64,000 nucleotides of DNA from Candidatus Altiarchaeota archaeon (GTDB lineage: Archaea; Altiarchaeota; Altiarchaeia; IMC4; SCGC-AAA252-I15): contig JAZDNF010000003.1 of NCBI GenBank assembly GCA_043800255.1, positions 1-64,000 on the forward strand, in the 5' to 3' direction. The translations under genes were made by a program, and so were the position numbers. Shown here in pieces: positions 28,757-39,455 of this stretch. Numbering within the stretch: the first letter of the stretch is position 1; each line of letters starts with the position of its first letter. The notes beneath the pieces are model-generated. The model ran no database searches, was not told the DNA's origin, and saw only the letters and a program-made list of their open reading frames with translations.

Positions 28757-29017
28757 TTATAATATTCCGAAGTGCGAGGCTATCTCCTCTGCAGAACTCT
28801 TGTCTGACAGCTTGACGTGCGCTTTCTTCTTGCCGTCAGGCCCGTTTATGATCTGCGTCGATAACACCTCTACCTTGTATTTCTTCTCAATTGCTTCCTT
28901 CACATCCTTTTTTGTTGACTTCTTATCGACTATGAATGTGAGTTTGTTCTCCTTCTCCCTCAGCATGGTCGCCTTCTCTCCCATCAGAGGGTAGATTATC
29001 ACCTTCTCAAGATCCAT
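28757..29017 (-). CDS. rpl23: 50S ribosomal protein L23 (uL23)
   Basis: EKA....E.ENKLTFIVD, GKKKAHVKL. Confidence 0.96.
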   Translation of the reverse strand: MDLEKVIIYPLMGEKATMLREKENKLTFIVDKKSTKKDVKEAIEKKYKVEVLSTQIINGPDGKKKAHVKLSDKSSAEEIASHFGIL

Positions 29018-29678
29018 TCTTGCTCAAAACCTCGATTGCCGATTTAGTCCATATCGTGCGTCTTGGAATGCCGGCAGCTGGCGTTAGTTGTTCGACATCA
29101 AGTTCATCGACCAGCACGCACTGGACTCCCTCAACATTTGAAGCTGCCTTCAGGATTCCGCCGTCCCTGCCGACGACCAGCAGGAGGTTCTTAGGCTCGA
29201 CTTTCAGTGAGCTCAGGAACCCGATTATCTCCTTAGTCTTGGACATTCCCTCTAGCTTGTCTTCGACGATGATTAGATTATTCTTTGTGGATGCTATCGC
29301 AGATTCCAATGCCTTCGTATACTCCTTGGAGTTGATTTTCTTCGTGTAGTCTTTGCCCCTCGGCGGGTGCGAACGCCTTCCGCCAACGGACTGCGGCACC
29401 CTCCTGACCTTACCAAGGCCTCCGCCGCCGGTCTTCTCCCTCGGCAGCCTTGACATGCCCTTGTTTATGGTCATCCTATAAGCGCCTTTTCTCCTTCCGT
29501 AATATTCTGCCGTGGTCTGCAGGCCGGCGTCAGGCGAAACGCCGTACGGCTGCCTTCGGGATGATTGCAACGCTACGGCGCCCCTTTGTATGAGGTCAGG
29601 CCGGTATTCTGTCGAGAATACCCCGGGTAGATCGATTTTGCCTGCTTTTTTGCCGTCAATAGAGTAAACATCAGCCAT
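29007..29678 (-). CDS. rpl4: 50S ribosomal protein L4 (uL4), short
   Basis: LP.VF...YRPDLI, VPQSVGGRR.HPP, KKIN.KE. Confidence 0.94.
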   Translation of the reverse strand: MADVYSIDGKKAGKIDLPGVFSTEYRPDLIQRGAVALQSSRRQPYGVSPDAGLQTTAEYYGRRKGAYRMTINKGMSRLPREKTGGGGLGKVRRVPQSVGGRRSHPPRGKDYTKKINSKEYTKALESAIASTKNNLIIVEDKLEGMSKTKEIIGFLSSLKVEPKNLLLVVGRDGGILKAASNVEGVQCVLVDELDVEQLTPAAGIPRRTIWTKSAIEVLSKNGS

Positions 29679-29679
29679 A

Positions 29680-30630
29680 TTATAATCCCTGTTTTGAGTC
29701 GGTATTTATTGATAATATTTCGAACGCGTTCTCCCTGATCGGCCTTCGGGGCATGGTTATTCTTATTATCCTCTTCGTAGGCCCAGGCACCGACCCTGAG
29801 ACTATGAGATAGTCGCTCTTCAGGTTACCGTACCTCAGGAACCCGCCTTTTGGGTTCACTTCAGCACCATCGGAGCCTATCTTCACAACTGTTTTGTTGT
29901 ATTCTGTCCTCGTGTGGTATCCGACCTGGCCTGCAAGAGGTTCCATCCTGAGCTTGTGGGAGGGAGTCCACGTTCCTCCGGTTCCCATATGCCTCCTACC
30001 GCCGTCAGCCTTTCTCACTGACCTCCTAACGCCCCACCTTTTTATCACGCCCTGGAATCCCTTACCTTTTGTCACTGCTGTGACGTCAACGTACTGGCTT
30101 TCCTTAAGCACGTCGCCTGCCTTGATCTCCTTGCCAATGCTTTGCTTGGCGTATGCTATTTTCTCGTCAACGGAGCCACTGAGCGCCATCTCCATGACGT
30201 CAGGCTTCTTTTTGGGTATTGCAGCCTTGACAGGCTGAGTTGACATCAGAAGCCTCACATCAGCTATGCGGCCTTTCTCCTTCAGTTCGTCTATTAACTT
30301 AAGAGGGTCCTTCTTCTTCGTATCGGATTTTATGTCAGCTATGCTTTCCAATCCTGTGTACCCTTTGCTGTATATCCTAATGCCTTCGACCTTCATCGGC
30401 GGCACGTCCAAGACAGTCGCTGGGAGGGATATTTCCAAGCCTGATGTGGGGCTCTTCTTCCGGTTGTCCAACACCATCAGGTGGGTCATGCCTGCCTTGT
30501 ATCCTGCGAAACCCAGAACCTTTGAGTCTCCGAAGTTCTGCCAGGAGTGTATTCTAGGCCTCTCCCTTTTAGCCCTCTTCCTCGGGCTGTACGCCATTGA
30601 ACCACGACGTGGTTTGTTTGATTTTGACAT
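29680..30630 (-). CDS. rpl3: 50S ribosomal protein L3 (uL3)
   Basis: PRRGSMAYSPRKRA, GFAGYKAGMTH, TKGKGFQGVIKRWG, GYHTRTEYNK. Confidence 0.97.
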   Translation of the reverse strand: MSKSNKPRRGSMAYSPRKRAKRERPRIHSWQNFGDSKVLGFAGYKAGMTHLMVLDNRKKSPTSGLEISLPATVLDVPPMKVEGIRIYSKGYTGLESIADIKSDTKKKDPLKLIDELKEKGRIADVRLLMSTQPVKAAIPKKKPDVMEMALSGSVDEKIAYAKQSIGKEIKAGDVLKESQYVDVTAVTKGKGFQGVIKRWGVRRSVRKADGGRRHMGTGGTWTPSHKLRMEPLAGQVGYHTRTEYNKTVVKIGSDGAEVNPKGGFLRYGNLKSDYLIVSGSVPGPTKRIIRITMPRRPIRENAFEILSINTDSKQGL

Positions 30631-30745
30631 GTTCTAAAACAGAGATACAGGTGCAGTTCGTGCCCTGATTTAAAAGGTATCTCCTATATCTATAATCCGG
30701 GCAACATGGATTGTAAGTACTATACTAGGAATTTAGGGTATAAAA

Positions 30746-31558
30746 ATGCCTGCTGACCTAATTTCATCGTTCGTTTACAGGTATTTTCTAGTTGACGGAT
30801 ACAATATTGTGAATACTCTCGCATATGGCCTGATTCTCGGGCTGGCTGTTTTCGGGACAATCCCGTTCCTCAGGAGGATAGGCGTCAGCTTTGACAGGCG
30901 GTTCGTCTATTCTCTAATACCTTACCTGTTCTACGGCGGCACAACCAGAGAACTCGTCGACCAGCATCTTGGAATCTACTCGGGGTTGGGGCCGTACCCG
31001 CAGAATTACATGTTCGTTGCTCCGGGAATCTATGTAACGATGTTCTCCGTTACGGCGCTGACATTCGCACTAAGCAGGCTTCTTGCGAAGGAGAGGTATC
31101 ATCTGATGTTCTCAGGCGTCGGCATCCTGCTAGCAGGCTATAATCTGGCTCTCATGGTGCCTAACATAGAAAACTTCGAGGCTCTTGCCCTGATCCTGCT
31201 ATTCTTCTCCATGTTCGCAGCTCTCACCATCCTGTTTGCCAAAAATTGGCTCAGATTTCTCATGTTCGAGAAAAACTATTATGTCGTGCTCGCCCACCTG
31301 CTTGACGCCAGCGCAACATTCGTCGGCGTCGATTACCTCGGTTTCAGCGAAAAGCACGTGCTGCCCAGCTTCCTCATAGAGCGGCTGGGGACGGCGTTCA
31401 TAATGTTCCCTCTCAAACTCGCAGTCCTCATACCTGCGTTATACTACATTGACAAGGACGTGAGAGACGACGTCCTGAGCAGGCGATTTCTCAAGCTGGT
31501 GATACTGGCGATAGGCATCGGACCTGCGTTGAGGGACATCACTTTGGCGATACTTTAA
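30746..31558 (+). CDS. DUF63-family membrane protein
   Basis: GYNIVNTLAY, AHLLDASATFVG, EKHVLP, GPALRD. Confidence 0.8.
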   Translation: MPADLISSFVYRYFLVDGYNIVNTLAYGLILGLAVFGTIPFLRRIGVSFDRRFVYSLIPYLFYGGTTRELVDQHLGIYSGLGPYPQNYMFVAPGIYVTMFSVTALTFALSRLLAKERYHLMFSGVGILLAGYNLALMVPNIENFEALALILLFFSMFAALTILFAKNWLRFLMFEKNYYVVLAHLLDASATFVGVDYLGFSEKHVLPSFLIERLGTAFIMFPLKLAVLIPALYYIDKDVRDDVLSRRFLKLVILAIGIGPALRDITLAIL

Positions 31559-31588
31559 GCCTTTTTAAGGAGCCTCCAAAGGTATAAT

Positions 31589-32455
31589 ATGCGGGTCTGG
31601 GTTTATGTGCTGGTGTTCGCAGCCATTGTAGTGAATCAGGCATCTGCCTGGAACCCTGCCACATACAGTCGCCTATGCGCTCAGACGGCAGCCAGATTAT
31701 GGGACGGCGAGACCGCAATCGAATGCTTGCAGGATATTGACAGTTACCTCGTTGGGGTTAAAAACGACTCCGAAAACCTTAAGGATTTTTCAACCTGCCC
31801 AATAAACGTCCAACCTCACGCGAAATACCTGTGCGGGAACCGCACATACTCGGCTGCGAACGCAACCTCGCAGGAATGGTTTAACAGGGCTCTGAACTCT
31901 TCCACAGTATGCGAGATGGTGAGAAACTTCTGCATCGGCTCAGCCTACCATTCTGAGACGTTCTTTCCGACGAGGGGCCTGACAGTGGAAAGCGACAACA
32001 AATGCGAGGATGAGCTTGCATCGGACATGGACTGGCGGATCAATAAGACTTTTGCAACTGATGCAAATGACAGCTGGGAGGAGCAGACAGTCTGCAGGTT
32101 CACATACCACATTCCAAAACTCGGAAGTAGTATTCCGACAAGGTACAGGCAGACATTCTCGATAACAGACCGAACCCTTGAGCGGATGATGGAAGCGATT
32201 GTAGAAATTGGAGGAGAAATTTCAGAATCACCACAATACTCCACGACGAGCACGTCCACAACAACAAGTTTATCAACAACATCAACCTTGGCTGCGACTA
32301 CCACCATGCCAGAGGTAAAATCCACAGGCATTGGCAGAAAAGCATGGATTCTCGCACTCATACCGCTTGCAGCCGCCGCAGTGTATTATACCAGAAGGCG
32401 TCGCAGAACTGGCCTTGCGGGAGACAGAAACCTCAGTGAACTTCGTCAACTATAA
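31589..32455 (+). CDS. Secreted Cys-containing protein with T-rich stalk and C-terminal membrane anchor
   Basis: Signal peptide, STTSTSTTT linker, hydrophobic helix followed by RRRRR. Confidence 0.65.
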   Translation: MRVWVYVLVFAAIVVNQASAWNPATYSRLCAQTAARLWDGETAIECLQDIDSYLVGVKNDSENLKDFSTCPINVQPHAKYLCGNRTYSAANATSQEWFNRALNSSTVCEMVRNFCIGSAYHSETFFPTRGLTVESDNKCEDELASDMDWRINKTFATDANDSWEEQTVCRFTYHIPKLGSSIPTRYRQTFSITDRTLERMMEAIVEIGGEISESPQYSTTSTSTTTSLSTTSTLAATTTMPEVKSTGIGRKAWILALIPLAAAAVYYTRRRRRTGLAGDRNLSELRQL

Positions 32456-34052
32456 GCTCGAGCTGGTCTGAGAACTCGTTATATTTGACCCTGCCGACGA
32501 GCGACACCTGCCTCTCGAGCAGGTTCTTCTTTGCGCCTTTCAACGGTGCCGTCTCGTCCTGGCGCTCCCCTATGATGTTCATAGCATCGTCCACCGTCAG
32601 GTTCAGAAGCTTCTCCGAGTTGTCGCCGAACAGCACCGCCCTGACGGTACCAGTCTCATCTTCGACTGTGATTGACGCCACCATGTTCAGGTTCGGGTCA
32701 ACGTCACCGCACATCTCACAGAACCATGATGTGCTAAGATTCTGGACCTTCTTGCCGCAGCCGGGGCAGGTCATGAATATGAGCGGTTTCTCGGTGTCCA
32801 AATCGACTATCGTACCGGTAACCCTCACCCGCTTGTCGTTTACGTCCAAGTCGGCTATCTTCCTCGTTTTCGTGGAAATCTCCTCCACAACGGAGAGCGC
32901 TGGAACATCTATCTTATTGTCCACTAATATCTTGCCGTATTTTCCGACGTGCAACTCCGGTTCCAGGTTCAGGTTGGCTTTCGAGTAAACGTTCTCCAGC
33001 TTGACCGCGTCGCCCACCCGTATTTTGCCAGCATCATGTGCCTTATCATCCCATAATACTGTCCGTATTATGCTGGTCTCGTCTCCGATGATGAGCGAGG
33101 CTACTGTGCCCTTCGAATACTCTCTGGGGGGGTAGACTGTCACCACCCTCCCGATGACGTTTATTGAGCTCATGTCGAGCTTTATCTCAGCTATCTTCGG
33201 CTGGACGACCTTCGTCTTCAGAGGCGGGAGATTCAACTCCTTATTAGTCTCTATAATCCTGCTTCGCGATCCAATGTGAACTTCGACATCGTTGTTCAAG
33301 CCCTGCCGAGCGTAGCCGTTCTCTATCTTCACATACTCGCCGTTCTGGAGCGGAAAGCCTGCAGACCTGTCCCAGAGCACAACCCTGATTCTGCCAGTCT
33401 CATCCTCGCCTATGAAAGACGCCCTAGCTCCCTTGGTCCCGTCGTTTCTCTCGAACTCCTGCCCAGGATAATAGGAGACAATCCTGCAGATGAGGTTTAT
33501 GGCCTGATTCTCAAGCTTCACGTCCGCAATCTTGACAAGGCTTTCCTCGACCTCAGGCAGATTCAATTCCATGCTGGGGTTAACTGCCACGTTGGTCAGA
33601 GAGCTCGCATGGACTTCCAGAACCCCGTTGTTATCTTTAGAATAGCCGTTTCTGATGAGTAAGGTGTCGCCAATGTGCGCCCTCTTCGTGATTTCCGTGT
33701 TCTGATCCCAGAGCACAAGCCGGACCTCGCCCGTATTGTCCAGGAGGATCAAGCTTGCGAATTTACCGACCGTCTTATCCTTCCTCTTGAACTCTCTTGG
33801 AGAGTAAACTACCTTGACTTTTCCAGCTATGTTGACCGATTTCTGCGGCTTTAATCCGGCTATTTCCGTCAATTCTATCTTGTCCTGGTTCAAGTCTATC
33901 CCCAACTCCTTCGCAACAGCGTATACTGCACCGTAGTCTGAGAGGAGGCCGTGTGTTTTCTCCTTCCGCTGGTTCATCCGCTTCTCGATTTCGCCCATAT
34001 CACTGCCGCTTTCCTTTGCAACGCGTTCTATAAGGTCTTTTACGTCGGCCAT
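32433..34052 (-). CDS. rpa: Replication protein A (multiple OB folds plus Zn finger)
   Basis: Repeated D.TG..R..LWD OB motifs; CPGC...CEMC Zn ribbon. Confidence 0.9.
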   Translation of the reverse strand: MADVKDLIERVAKESGSDMGEIEKRMNQRKEKTHGLLSDYGAVYAVAKELGIDLNQDKIELTEIAGLKPQKSVNIAGKVKVVYSPREFKRKDKTVGKFASLILLDNTGEVRLVLWDQNTEITKRAHIGDTLLIRNGYSKDNNGVLEVHASSLTNVAVNPSMELNLPEVEESLVKIADVKLENQAINLICRIVSYYPGQEFERNDGTKGARASFIGEDETGRIRVVLWDRSAGFPLQNGEYVKIENGYARQGLNNDVEVHIGSRSRIIETNKELNLPPLKTKVVQPKIAEIKLDMSSINVIGRVVTVYPPREYSKGTVASLIIGDETSIIRTVLWDDKAHDAGKIRVGDAVKLENVYSKANLNLEPELHVGKYGKILVDNKIDVPALSVVEEISTKTRKIADLDVNDKRVRVTGTIVDLDTEKPLIFMTCPGCGKKVQNLSTSWFCEMCGDVDPNLNMVASITVEDETGTVRAVLFGDNSEKLLNLTVDDAMNIIGERQDETAPLKGAKKNLLERQVSLVGRVKYNEFSDQLELIVDEVH

Positions 34053-34105
34053 AGTCTAAAATTTGGAATGTACGTTAAAAAGTCTTTTTCCCAGGAGATG
34101 GAGAA

Positions 34106-34912
34106 TCACAACCCTCTCAGGCCTTTCCCTTTTATGAGGTAGAAGAAGGCTGCGAGGAGCACCACCCCTATGACAACTAGAACCCCTACGATGATTAAGC
34201 CGTAAAGCCATGAGGGCATTCCGCCGCCGCATGCCTTGCATGGGCCGCCGCAGTCAACGCCGGTCTCGCCCTGGTTCCTGATGCCGTCAGCGCATGTGCC
34301 AGCACCGCCGACCGTCGACAGCGTGGACGTCGTGTTGGATTTCGCAGATTCATCCGCCTTGTCCCCCCCAAGCAGTTTGTCGACAATAGACTTTGACGTT
34401 GTCGTCGTCTCCCGCTGTATGGTGGATTGAGAAGCCTTTACTGTTGTCGTCACCTTGGAGCCTGGGCACGGGTCGCACGGGCCGCCGCAGTCAACACCGC
34501 CCTCCCCCTGGTTCCTGATGCCATCAGCGCATGTCGGCTTCGGAGCCGAGCCCCCAGCAGAAAGGTCGAAGTCAGACTGTATTTCACCCGAGATTGCGAC
34601 ATCACTACGTTCTGCAGGATTCGATGTCATTCTACTAGTCACATACCAGCTTAGAGGCTCATTGAAAGACGCTCCCTCATCTCTCTCAGATTCTGGATCG
34701 TCAAGGATAACCGTAAGCTGGTAGTAGCCACCCTCAAATGTCGTTGTCTTGAACTCGTCTCCAGAGGCGGAAACTGCCTTTATTTCGATATCCTTACCGA
34801 CGAGTTTGCCGTCCAGGTATGCGTGACCCTCATAGTATGCTGGAATTGGAGGGAACGCTATGGCGGAGCTGATGGCAGCTAGGAACAGGCTGAAATACAG
34901 CAGTTTTTTCAT
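34106..34912 (-). CDS. Membrane-anchored surface protein with two CxDGIRNQGE..VDCGGPC repeats
   Basis: Signal peptide, beta-rich N-domain, two Cys-rich repeats, C-terminal TM helix. Confidence 0.75.
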   Translation of the reverse strand: MKKLLYFSLFLAAISSAIAFPPIPAYYEGHAYLDGKLVGKDIEIKAVSASGDEFKTTTFEGGYYQLTVILDDPESERDEGASFNEPLSWYVTSRMTSNPAERSDVAISGEIQSDFDLSAGGSAPKPTCADGIRNQGEGGVDCGGPCDPCPGSKVTTTVKASQSTIQRETTTTSKSIVDKLLGGDKADESAKSNTTSTLSTVGGAGTCADGIRNQGETGVDCGGPCKACGGGMPSWLYGLIIVGVLVVIGVVLLAAFFYLIKGKGLRGL

Positions 34913-35460
34913 CTTTTCCTCGAGCTTATTATATATGACAGCATGATGCCTATTATTATGCCTACGAGTATTAGAAACTGCGGCGCAATCGACGCTTTTT
35001 CTCCGCCAGCTGGGGGAAGGCCTACAGTCGATGTCGGCATCTCATCCTTGATTGTTTCGTTGGACAGCAACACAACATTGAAGTCCTTAGTGAACTCCCC
35101 GGAGTGGGCTTTCACCTTGCCAGGTTCGGGGATGCTGGCAACCGTCCCATCGACATACCATGTCAGCAGGTCTCCGTTCTTAGCGCCGTCCACCGTGCTG
35201 CCGTTAACATCGTTCTCGAACACGACAAGGATAAAAAAATAGCCATTATCCTCAATCACTGGGCCCTGCCCGACAATCTCGTCCGTGCCGGTTACCTTGA
35301 CTGTGATGTTGGTGTCCTTAGCAGCAGGCTTGTTGTCAACGTAAACGTAACCCTCAAACGCGTGCGGGATGAACTGGGGGATGAACTGCGGTGAAACGAA
35401 ACCTAACAGTATCAGAAATGACACGGAAACAAACAGGTTTTTACGCCAGAACGTAACCAT
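34909..35460 (-). CDS. Membrane-anchored surface protein; N-domain paralogous to its neighbours
   Basis: PH.FEGYVYVD..PA...G.F pattern shared with 34106 and 36143; C-terminal TM helix plus RKR. Confidence 0.7.
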   Translation of the reverse strand: MVTFWRKNLFVSVSFLILLGFVSPQFIPQFIPHAFEGYVYVDNKPAAKDTNITVKVTGTDEIVGQGPVIEDNGYFFILVVFENDVNGSTVDGAKNGDLLTWYVDGTVASIPEPGKVKAHSGEFTKDFNVVLLSNETIKDEMPTSTVGLPPAGGEKASIAPQFLILVGIIIGIMLSYIISSRKR

Positions 35461-35522
35461 AGTGGATAAGATAAGGGTTATAGAATAAAAGAATAGCCGG
35501 GACCTATAAATCCCGGGCCGCC

Positions 35523-36062
35523 TTATGTTACCGTAAGTGTCGCGCTCGACGCGTTCACCTTAACCCAGTAACCATATCCTGCTATAGAGTAGTTTAAGCT
35601 GTTAGATCCTGGACTCAACGCATATGGATTATAGGATACCCAAGCAGGAGACGCAGACGCATTATACCCGTACACTAGGATATACTGACCGTTAATACCG
35701 CTTAAAGTTGTTGACAACAGTTGCGTAGTTGTCTTAGGATAACCTATTAGATTCCATCCGCTAACCAGACCTATCGCTGTCGAAGATGGTTGGGTTCCAG
35801 TAACGTTCAATGTCGCTGATGACGCGTTCACCTTAACCCAGTAACCCCATTGCACTGAAGTGTAATTTAGGCTGTTAGATCCTGGACTCAACGCATACGG
35901 ATTATAAGATACCCAAGCAGGAGACGCAGACGCATTATACGCATACACTAGTATGTACTGACCGTTTATGCTGGAAAGCGCTGTCGAAATCAGAGTCTGC
36001 GCTGACACATAAGACGCCAATAAAAGAATTCCTGCGACTAAACATATGTTGGTTTTTTTCAT
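35523..36062 (-). CDS. Secreted protein made only of two GWNL...GYW repeats
   Basis: Signal peptide plus two near-identical repeats of about 85 aa; many N-x-S/T sequons. Confidence 0.75.
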   Translation of the reverse strand: MKKTNICLVAGILLLASYVSAQTLISTALSSINGQYILVYAYNASASPAWVSYNPYALSPGSNSLNYTSVQWGYWVKVNASSATLNVTGTQPSSTAIGLVSGWNLIGYPKTTTQLLSTTLSGINGQYILVYGYNASASPAWVSYNPYALSPGSNSLNYSIAGYGYWVKVNASSATLTVT

Positions 36063-36142
36063 CTTCTTTATCCCTCCTGAAAATATGGAGTTAGGGGGCG
36101 TTTAGCCCCCCACTATTCGTCCTGAGTAGTTACGTCAACTCC

Positions 36143-37546
36143 CTACTTCTTCGGAGCTTCCTTAACTACTTGTCCGCCGCCTTTCTTCTTGCTCATAGCA
36201 ACTGCCGCCACAACTATTACTATGACGACAACAACTATTATCAGTAGGCTGCTTGTGCCCTTCTTAGCCACTGGAGCAACAGGTACGGTTGTGACTGGTT
36301 TGACGCTCGTCGTTACCTGTGCGATCGTAGTAGCCTCCTTCACAGTTGAGGTTACCTCAACGGTCGTCTCAGGAGCCTTTACTGTCGTAGTCACTTCAAC
36401 TGTGGATGTGGTCTCCTCGACAGCTCCGCATGCTCCGACAGTCACGGTCTTCTCGTACCGCCTGTATGCTGAAGCATCAATCTGCAGCAGGTAGTCTCCG
36501 ACGTTGGCTGGCGTGAACTTGGCCTGACCCTTTGCATCGGATTCCACGTTGAAGACCTTGTCGTTGTTCAGGAACACATCAACGTCTGCTCTGTCAACTG
36601 CCGTGCCTCTCCTCTCATCGGTCACGACAACCATTACAGGCTGCTTGACACAGAGCTGCGCTCCTCCGTCAGGCCCTGTAATCGCGACTACCATATACTT
36701 GTTGGACCTCCTGACCAGAAGGCCAGAAGAGACAGTAACCGTAACAGTTGAGGTCGCATTCACGCTCGAAGAGTTCGTCGAGATGTTGATCTGCCCGGTG
36801 TAGGTGTCAGTCGAGTTCGACGGAACCAGCACAGTGACAAGTATCACACGGGACGTCCCCTTGGTCAGCAGGAAATTGCTCACATTTAGGATTACATTGG
36901 ATGCACTTATGACGTCAGACGAGTTCGTCGTTCCGACCAGGTTACCCTTCGTAACCGTCACATTCAACGGCGGGGTTCCGCCTGATGCTGAAGCCCCGGA
37001 TGATATCGTCAATGTCCCGGTAGCGTTCGTCGCGTTCTCGGCTGTGTCAGCACTTATTGAAACAGCAACTGCTGACAGGCAGGAACCGCAACTTCCGCCA
37101 CAGTCTGCCAGAACCTCGTCGCCGTTCAATATTCCGTCTGTACAGGAGGCACCGATTGAGAGGTTACATTGTGTCGCTCCACCTCCCCCACCGGCTGCGA
37201 AGACAGATGGACAACCGGATGTTGTGTTAGCAGTTGAACCGCTTACACGGAAGGTTAAACTCTCTGAGTTGTAGAATCCACGTGCGGTACACTCATCGGT
37301 ATCATTTACTAGTAAATTACCGCTATAGATACCGCTAGCATCGGTTGTCATAGTTTGACTGTGACCGCTTGTACCTCCGGTAACGTTTACTGTAATCCCT
37401 GCTGGCGCAACTGACCCGCCTATCAAGGCGTATCCTTGGATACTATAGGGCATACCACAAGGCACCGAAGCCGCATAGCCTATCATGAACAAGGCTAAAA
37501 ATATAAACATACCTACTTTCCTAGAGTTTCCTATCATTTTCAACAT
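36143..37546 (-). CDS. Membrane-anchored multidomain surface glycoprotein
   Basis: Signal peptide, shared N-domain, CTDGILNGDE..ADCGGSC repeat, Ig-like segments, T-rich stalk, TM helix plus Lys tail. Confidence 0.75.
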   Translation of the reverse strand: MLKMIGNSRKVGMFIFLALFMIGYAASVPCGMPYSIQGYALIGGSVAPAGITVNVTGGTSGHSQTMTTDASGIYSGNLLVNDTDECTARGFYNSESLTFRVSGSTANTTSGCPSVFAAGGGGGATQCNLSIGASCTDGILNGDEVLADCGGSCGSCLSAVAVSISADTAENATNATGTLTISSGASASGGTPPLNVTVTKGNLVGTTNSSDVISASNVILNVSNFLLTKGTSRVILVTVLVPSNSTDTYTGQINISTNSSSVNATSTVTVTVSSGLLVRRSNKYMVVAITGPDGGAQLCVKQPVMVVVTDERRGTAVDRADVDVFLNNDKVFNVESDAKGQAKFTPANVGDYLLQIDASAYRRYEKTVTVGACGAVEETTSTVEVTTTVKAPETTVEVTSTVKEATTIAQVTTSVKPVTTVPVAPVAKKGTSSLLIIVVVVIVIVVAAVAMSKKKGGGQVVKEAPKK

Positions 37547-37578
37547 AACCTCCTTTTATGATTTTAATTTTCTAAACC

Positions 37579-39276
37579 TCAACTTGTACTTCCAGTTACC
37601 GTAAGTGTTGCTGTTGTAGCGTTCACCTTTATCCAGTAACCGTATCCTGGTGTGGAATAGTTGAGACTGTTTGCTCCCGGACTCAACGCATATGGATTAT
37701 AAGATACCCAAGCAGGAGACGCAGACACGTTATACCCGTACACTAGTATGTACTGTCCAGCAATACTGTTTAACGTTGCATTGACTGTTGCTGTTGCCAG
37801 TGTCGGGTATCCAATCAGGTTCCAGCCACTCACCAAGCCAATCGCTGTCGATGTTGCCAGCGTTCCTGTATTGGTCAGGTTCGTCGAGTTGGTCGTCTCG
37901 TTGACCTTAATCCAGTAACCCTGGGTATTTGATGTAAAGTTAAGACTGTTTGCTCCTGGACTCAACGCATATGGATTATAAGATATCCAACCAGGAGACA
38001 CAGACGCATTATACCCGTACACTAGTATGTAGTTCCCGTAGACGCTGGTCAGCGACTCGTTTATGCTCGTGTTGGACGGCGTCACCGGCAGGCTGATTAG
38101 GTTCCAACCCTGTGCCATGGTTATCGTCTGCGTGTTCGTCCAGCCCGGGTTTACCGTGCCCCTTGAGGACGTGTTGGTTGCTGATACTGTGCCGTTTGCT
38201 GCAAGTATGACTGACACGTTCTGCACGAACCAGTACCCGCTAGCCTGCACGCTGAACAGCGGCGGAGCGGCGACTGCTGCTGACTCGTTTGTGGTCACCA
38301 GCGGTGTGCCAGCGAAGGTTGATGCGCTGTAGCTGATTATGTCCCACAGTGTGCCGCTTGAGTTGTACAATAGCACGGAATCCTCGCTGTTGTCGAGCCA
38401 ATCCAGGTATGCCATTGACGCGTTGTAGCAGACTACCGTGTATCCGCCGGCTGTTGCTGCGACGCTTGAATCGCTCGCAACCGTCGTTGAGCCAATTGTG
38501 ATGTTCTGGCCTTCAGCGTTGCTTACTATCCATCCTGTGAGGTTCGCTGTTGAGGTTCCGTTGTTGTATATCTCAACCCACTCGCCATTACAAGTTAGAG
38601 CGGCGGTATCGTTTCCTGATGGGTTCAGGTAGACTTCATCGATTCTCGCACCAGCGACGCCCCTGCTGGGGAGGCTCGTCTGCGCTGTCACAGTGAACGT
38701 CTGCCCGCTTGTGCTCACAGTCGTTGAGCCAGCCATCACGCTGACGTTGGCTGTGAACGTGCCAGCACCGTATGAGACTGGAATCGGCATCGAAATTGTG
38801 TACGCCAGGTTCGTGGCAGCCCATACGCCGCTGTTGTTGTAACCGTAGCCGTAAGTGTAGGCGTAGGTGCTTTGATATCCTTGAACTGGAGCGTACCCGT
38901 AACCTGATGTGTAACCGTATCCGTAACCGTATGCAAATGCTGAGGTTGTTGAGGAACTAACTGTTGCTGTTTGGTTGTCGGAACATGTTACTGCGAGGTT
39001 GGTGTTAGTCCCGTTTATGGGGAGCGCACAATAGGTTATAAGCCCTGACGAGTTCGAAAGGGTCAGGTTCACGGCGCCCGTGGTCATAATAAACTCGTAA
39101 TCGTTTATCGACACGTTGGCCGAAATGCTCGCGCGCTGACCAGCATATATGTTTGAGATGCTGTTCAACGCAACCGTTATTGCAGAACTAGGCCCAGACA
39201 GATATAATAATACCACAATAGCCACCGTAAAAACGGTGGACATTAACCTCTTATTCGTTAGTTCCATTTGTGACAA
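37579..39276 (-). CDS. Secreted surface glycoprotein: Tyr-Gly-rich segment, lamin-tail-like domain, two GWNL...GYW repeats
   Basis: YGYGYGY tract; IDEVYLNP...EWVEIYN...NLTGW LTD motif; C-terminal repeats nearly identical to those in 35523. Confidence 0.75.
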   Translation of the reverse strand: MSQMELTNKRLMSTVFTVAIVVLLYLSGPSSAITVALNSISNIYAGQRASISANVSINDYEFIMTTGAVNLTLSNSSGLITYCALPINGTNTNLAVTCSDNQTATVSSSTTSAFAYGYGYGYTSGYGYAPVQGYQSTYAYTYGYGYNNSGVWAATNLAYTISMPIPVSYGAGTFTANVSVMAGSTTVSTSGQTFTVTAQTSLPSRGVAGARIDEVYLNPSGNDTAALTCNGEWVEIYNNGTSTANLTGWIVSNAEGQNITIGSTTVASDSSVAATAGGYTVVCYNASMAYLDWLDNSEDSVLLYNSSGTLWDIISYSASTFAGTPLVTTNESAAVAAPPLFSVQASGYWFVQNVSVILAANGTVSATNTSSRGTVNPGWTNTQTITMAQGWNLISLPVTPSNTSINESLTSVYGNYILVYGYNASVSPGWISYNPYALSPGANSLNFTSNTQGYWIKVNETTNSTNLTNTGTLATSTAIGLVSGWNLIGYPTLATATVNATLNSIAGQYILVYGYNVSASPAWVSYNPYALSPGANSLNYSTPGYGYWIKVNATTATLTVTGSTS

Positions 39277-39455
39277 CCTCGCTTCTTTTTGAATATAAAT
39301 TAATGTAACTTATTGAACGCAATCCTTTAAAAATACCTTTACCGGTATGTTAAACCCGGTTAGGGATTTAAGGACTGATATGATAAGACATCACAAAACC
39401 CACAAAACCCGCCCTAAGTTATTAGACATTCGATTATAAAAAGGTTTCGCTACCC

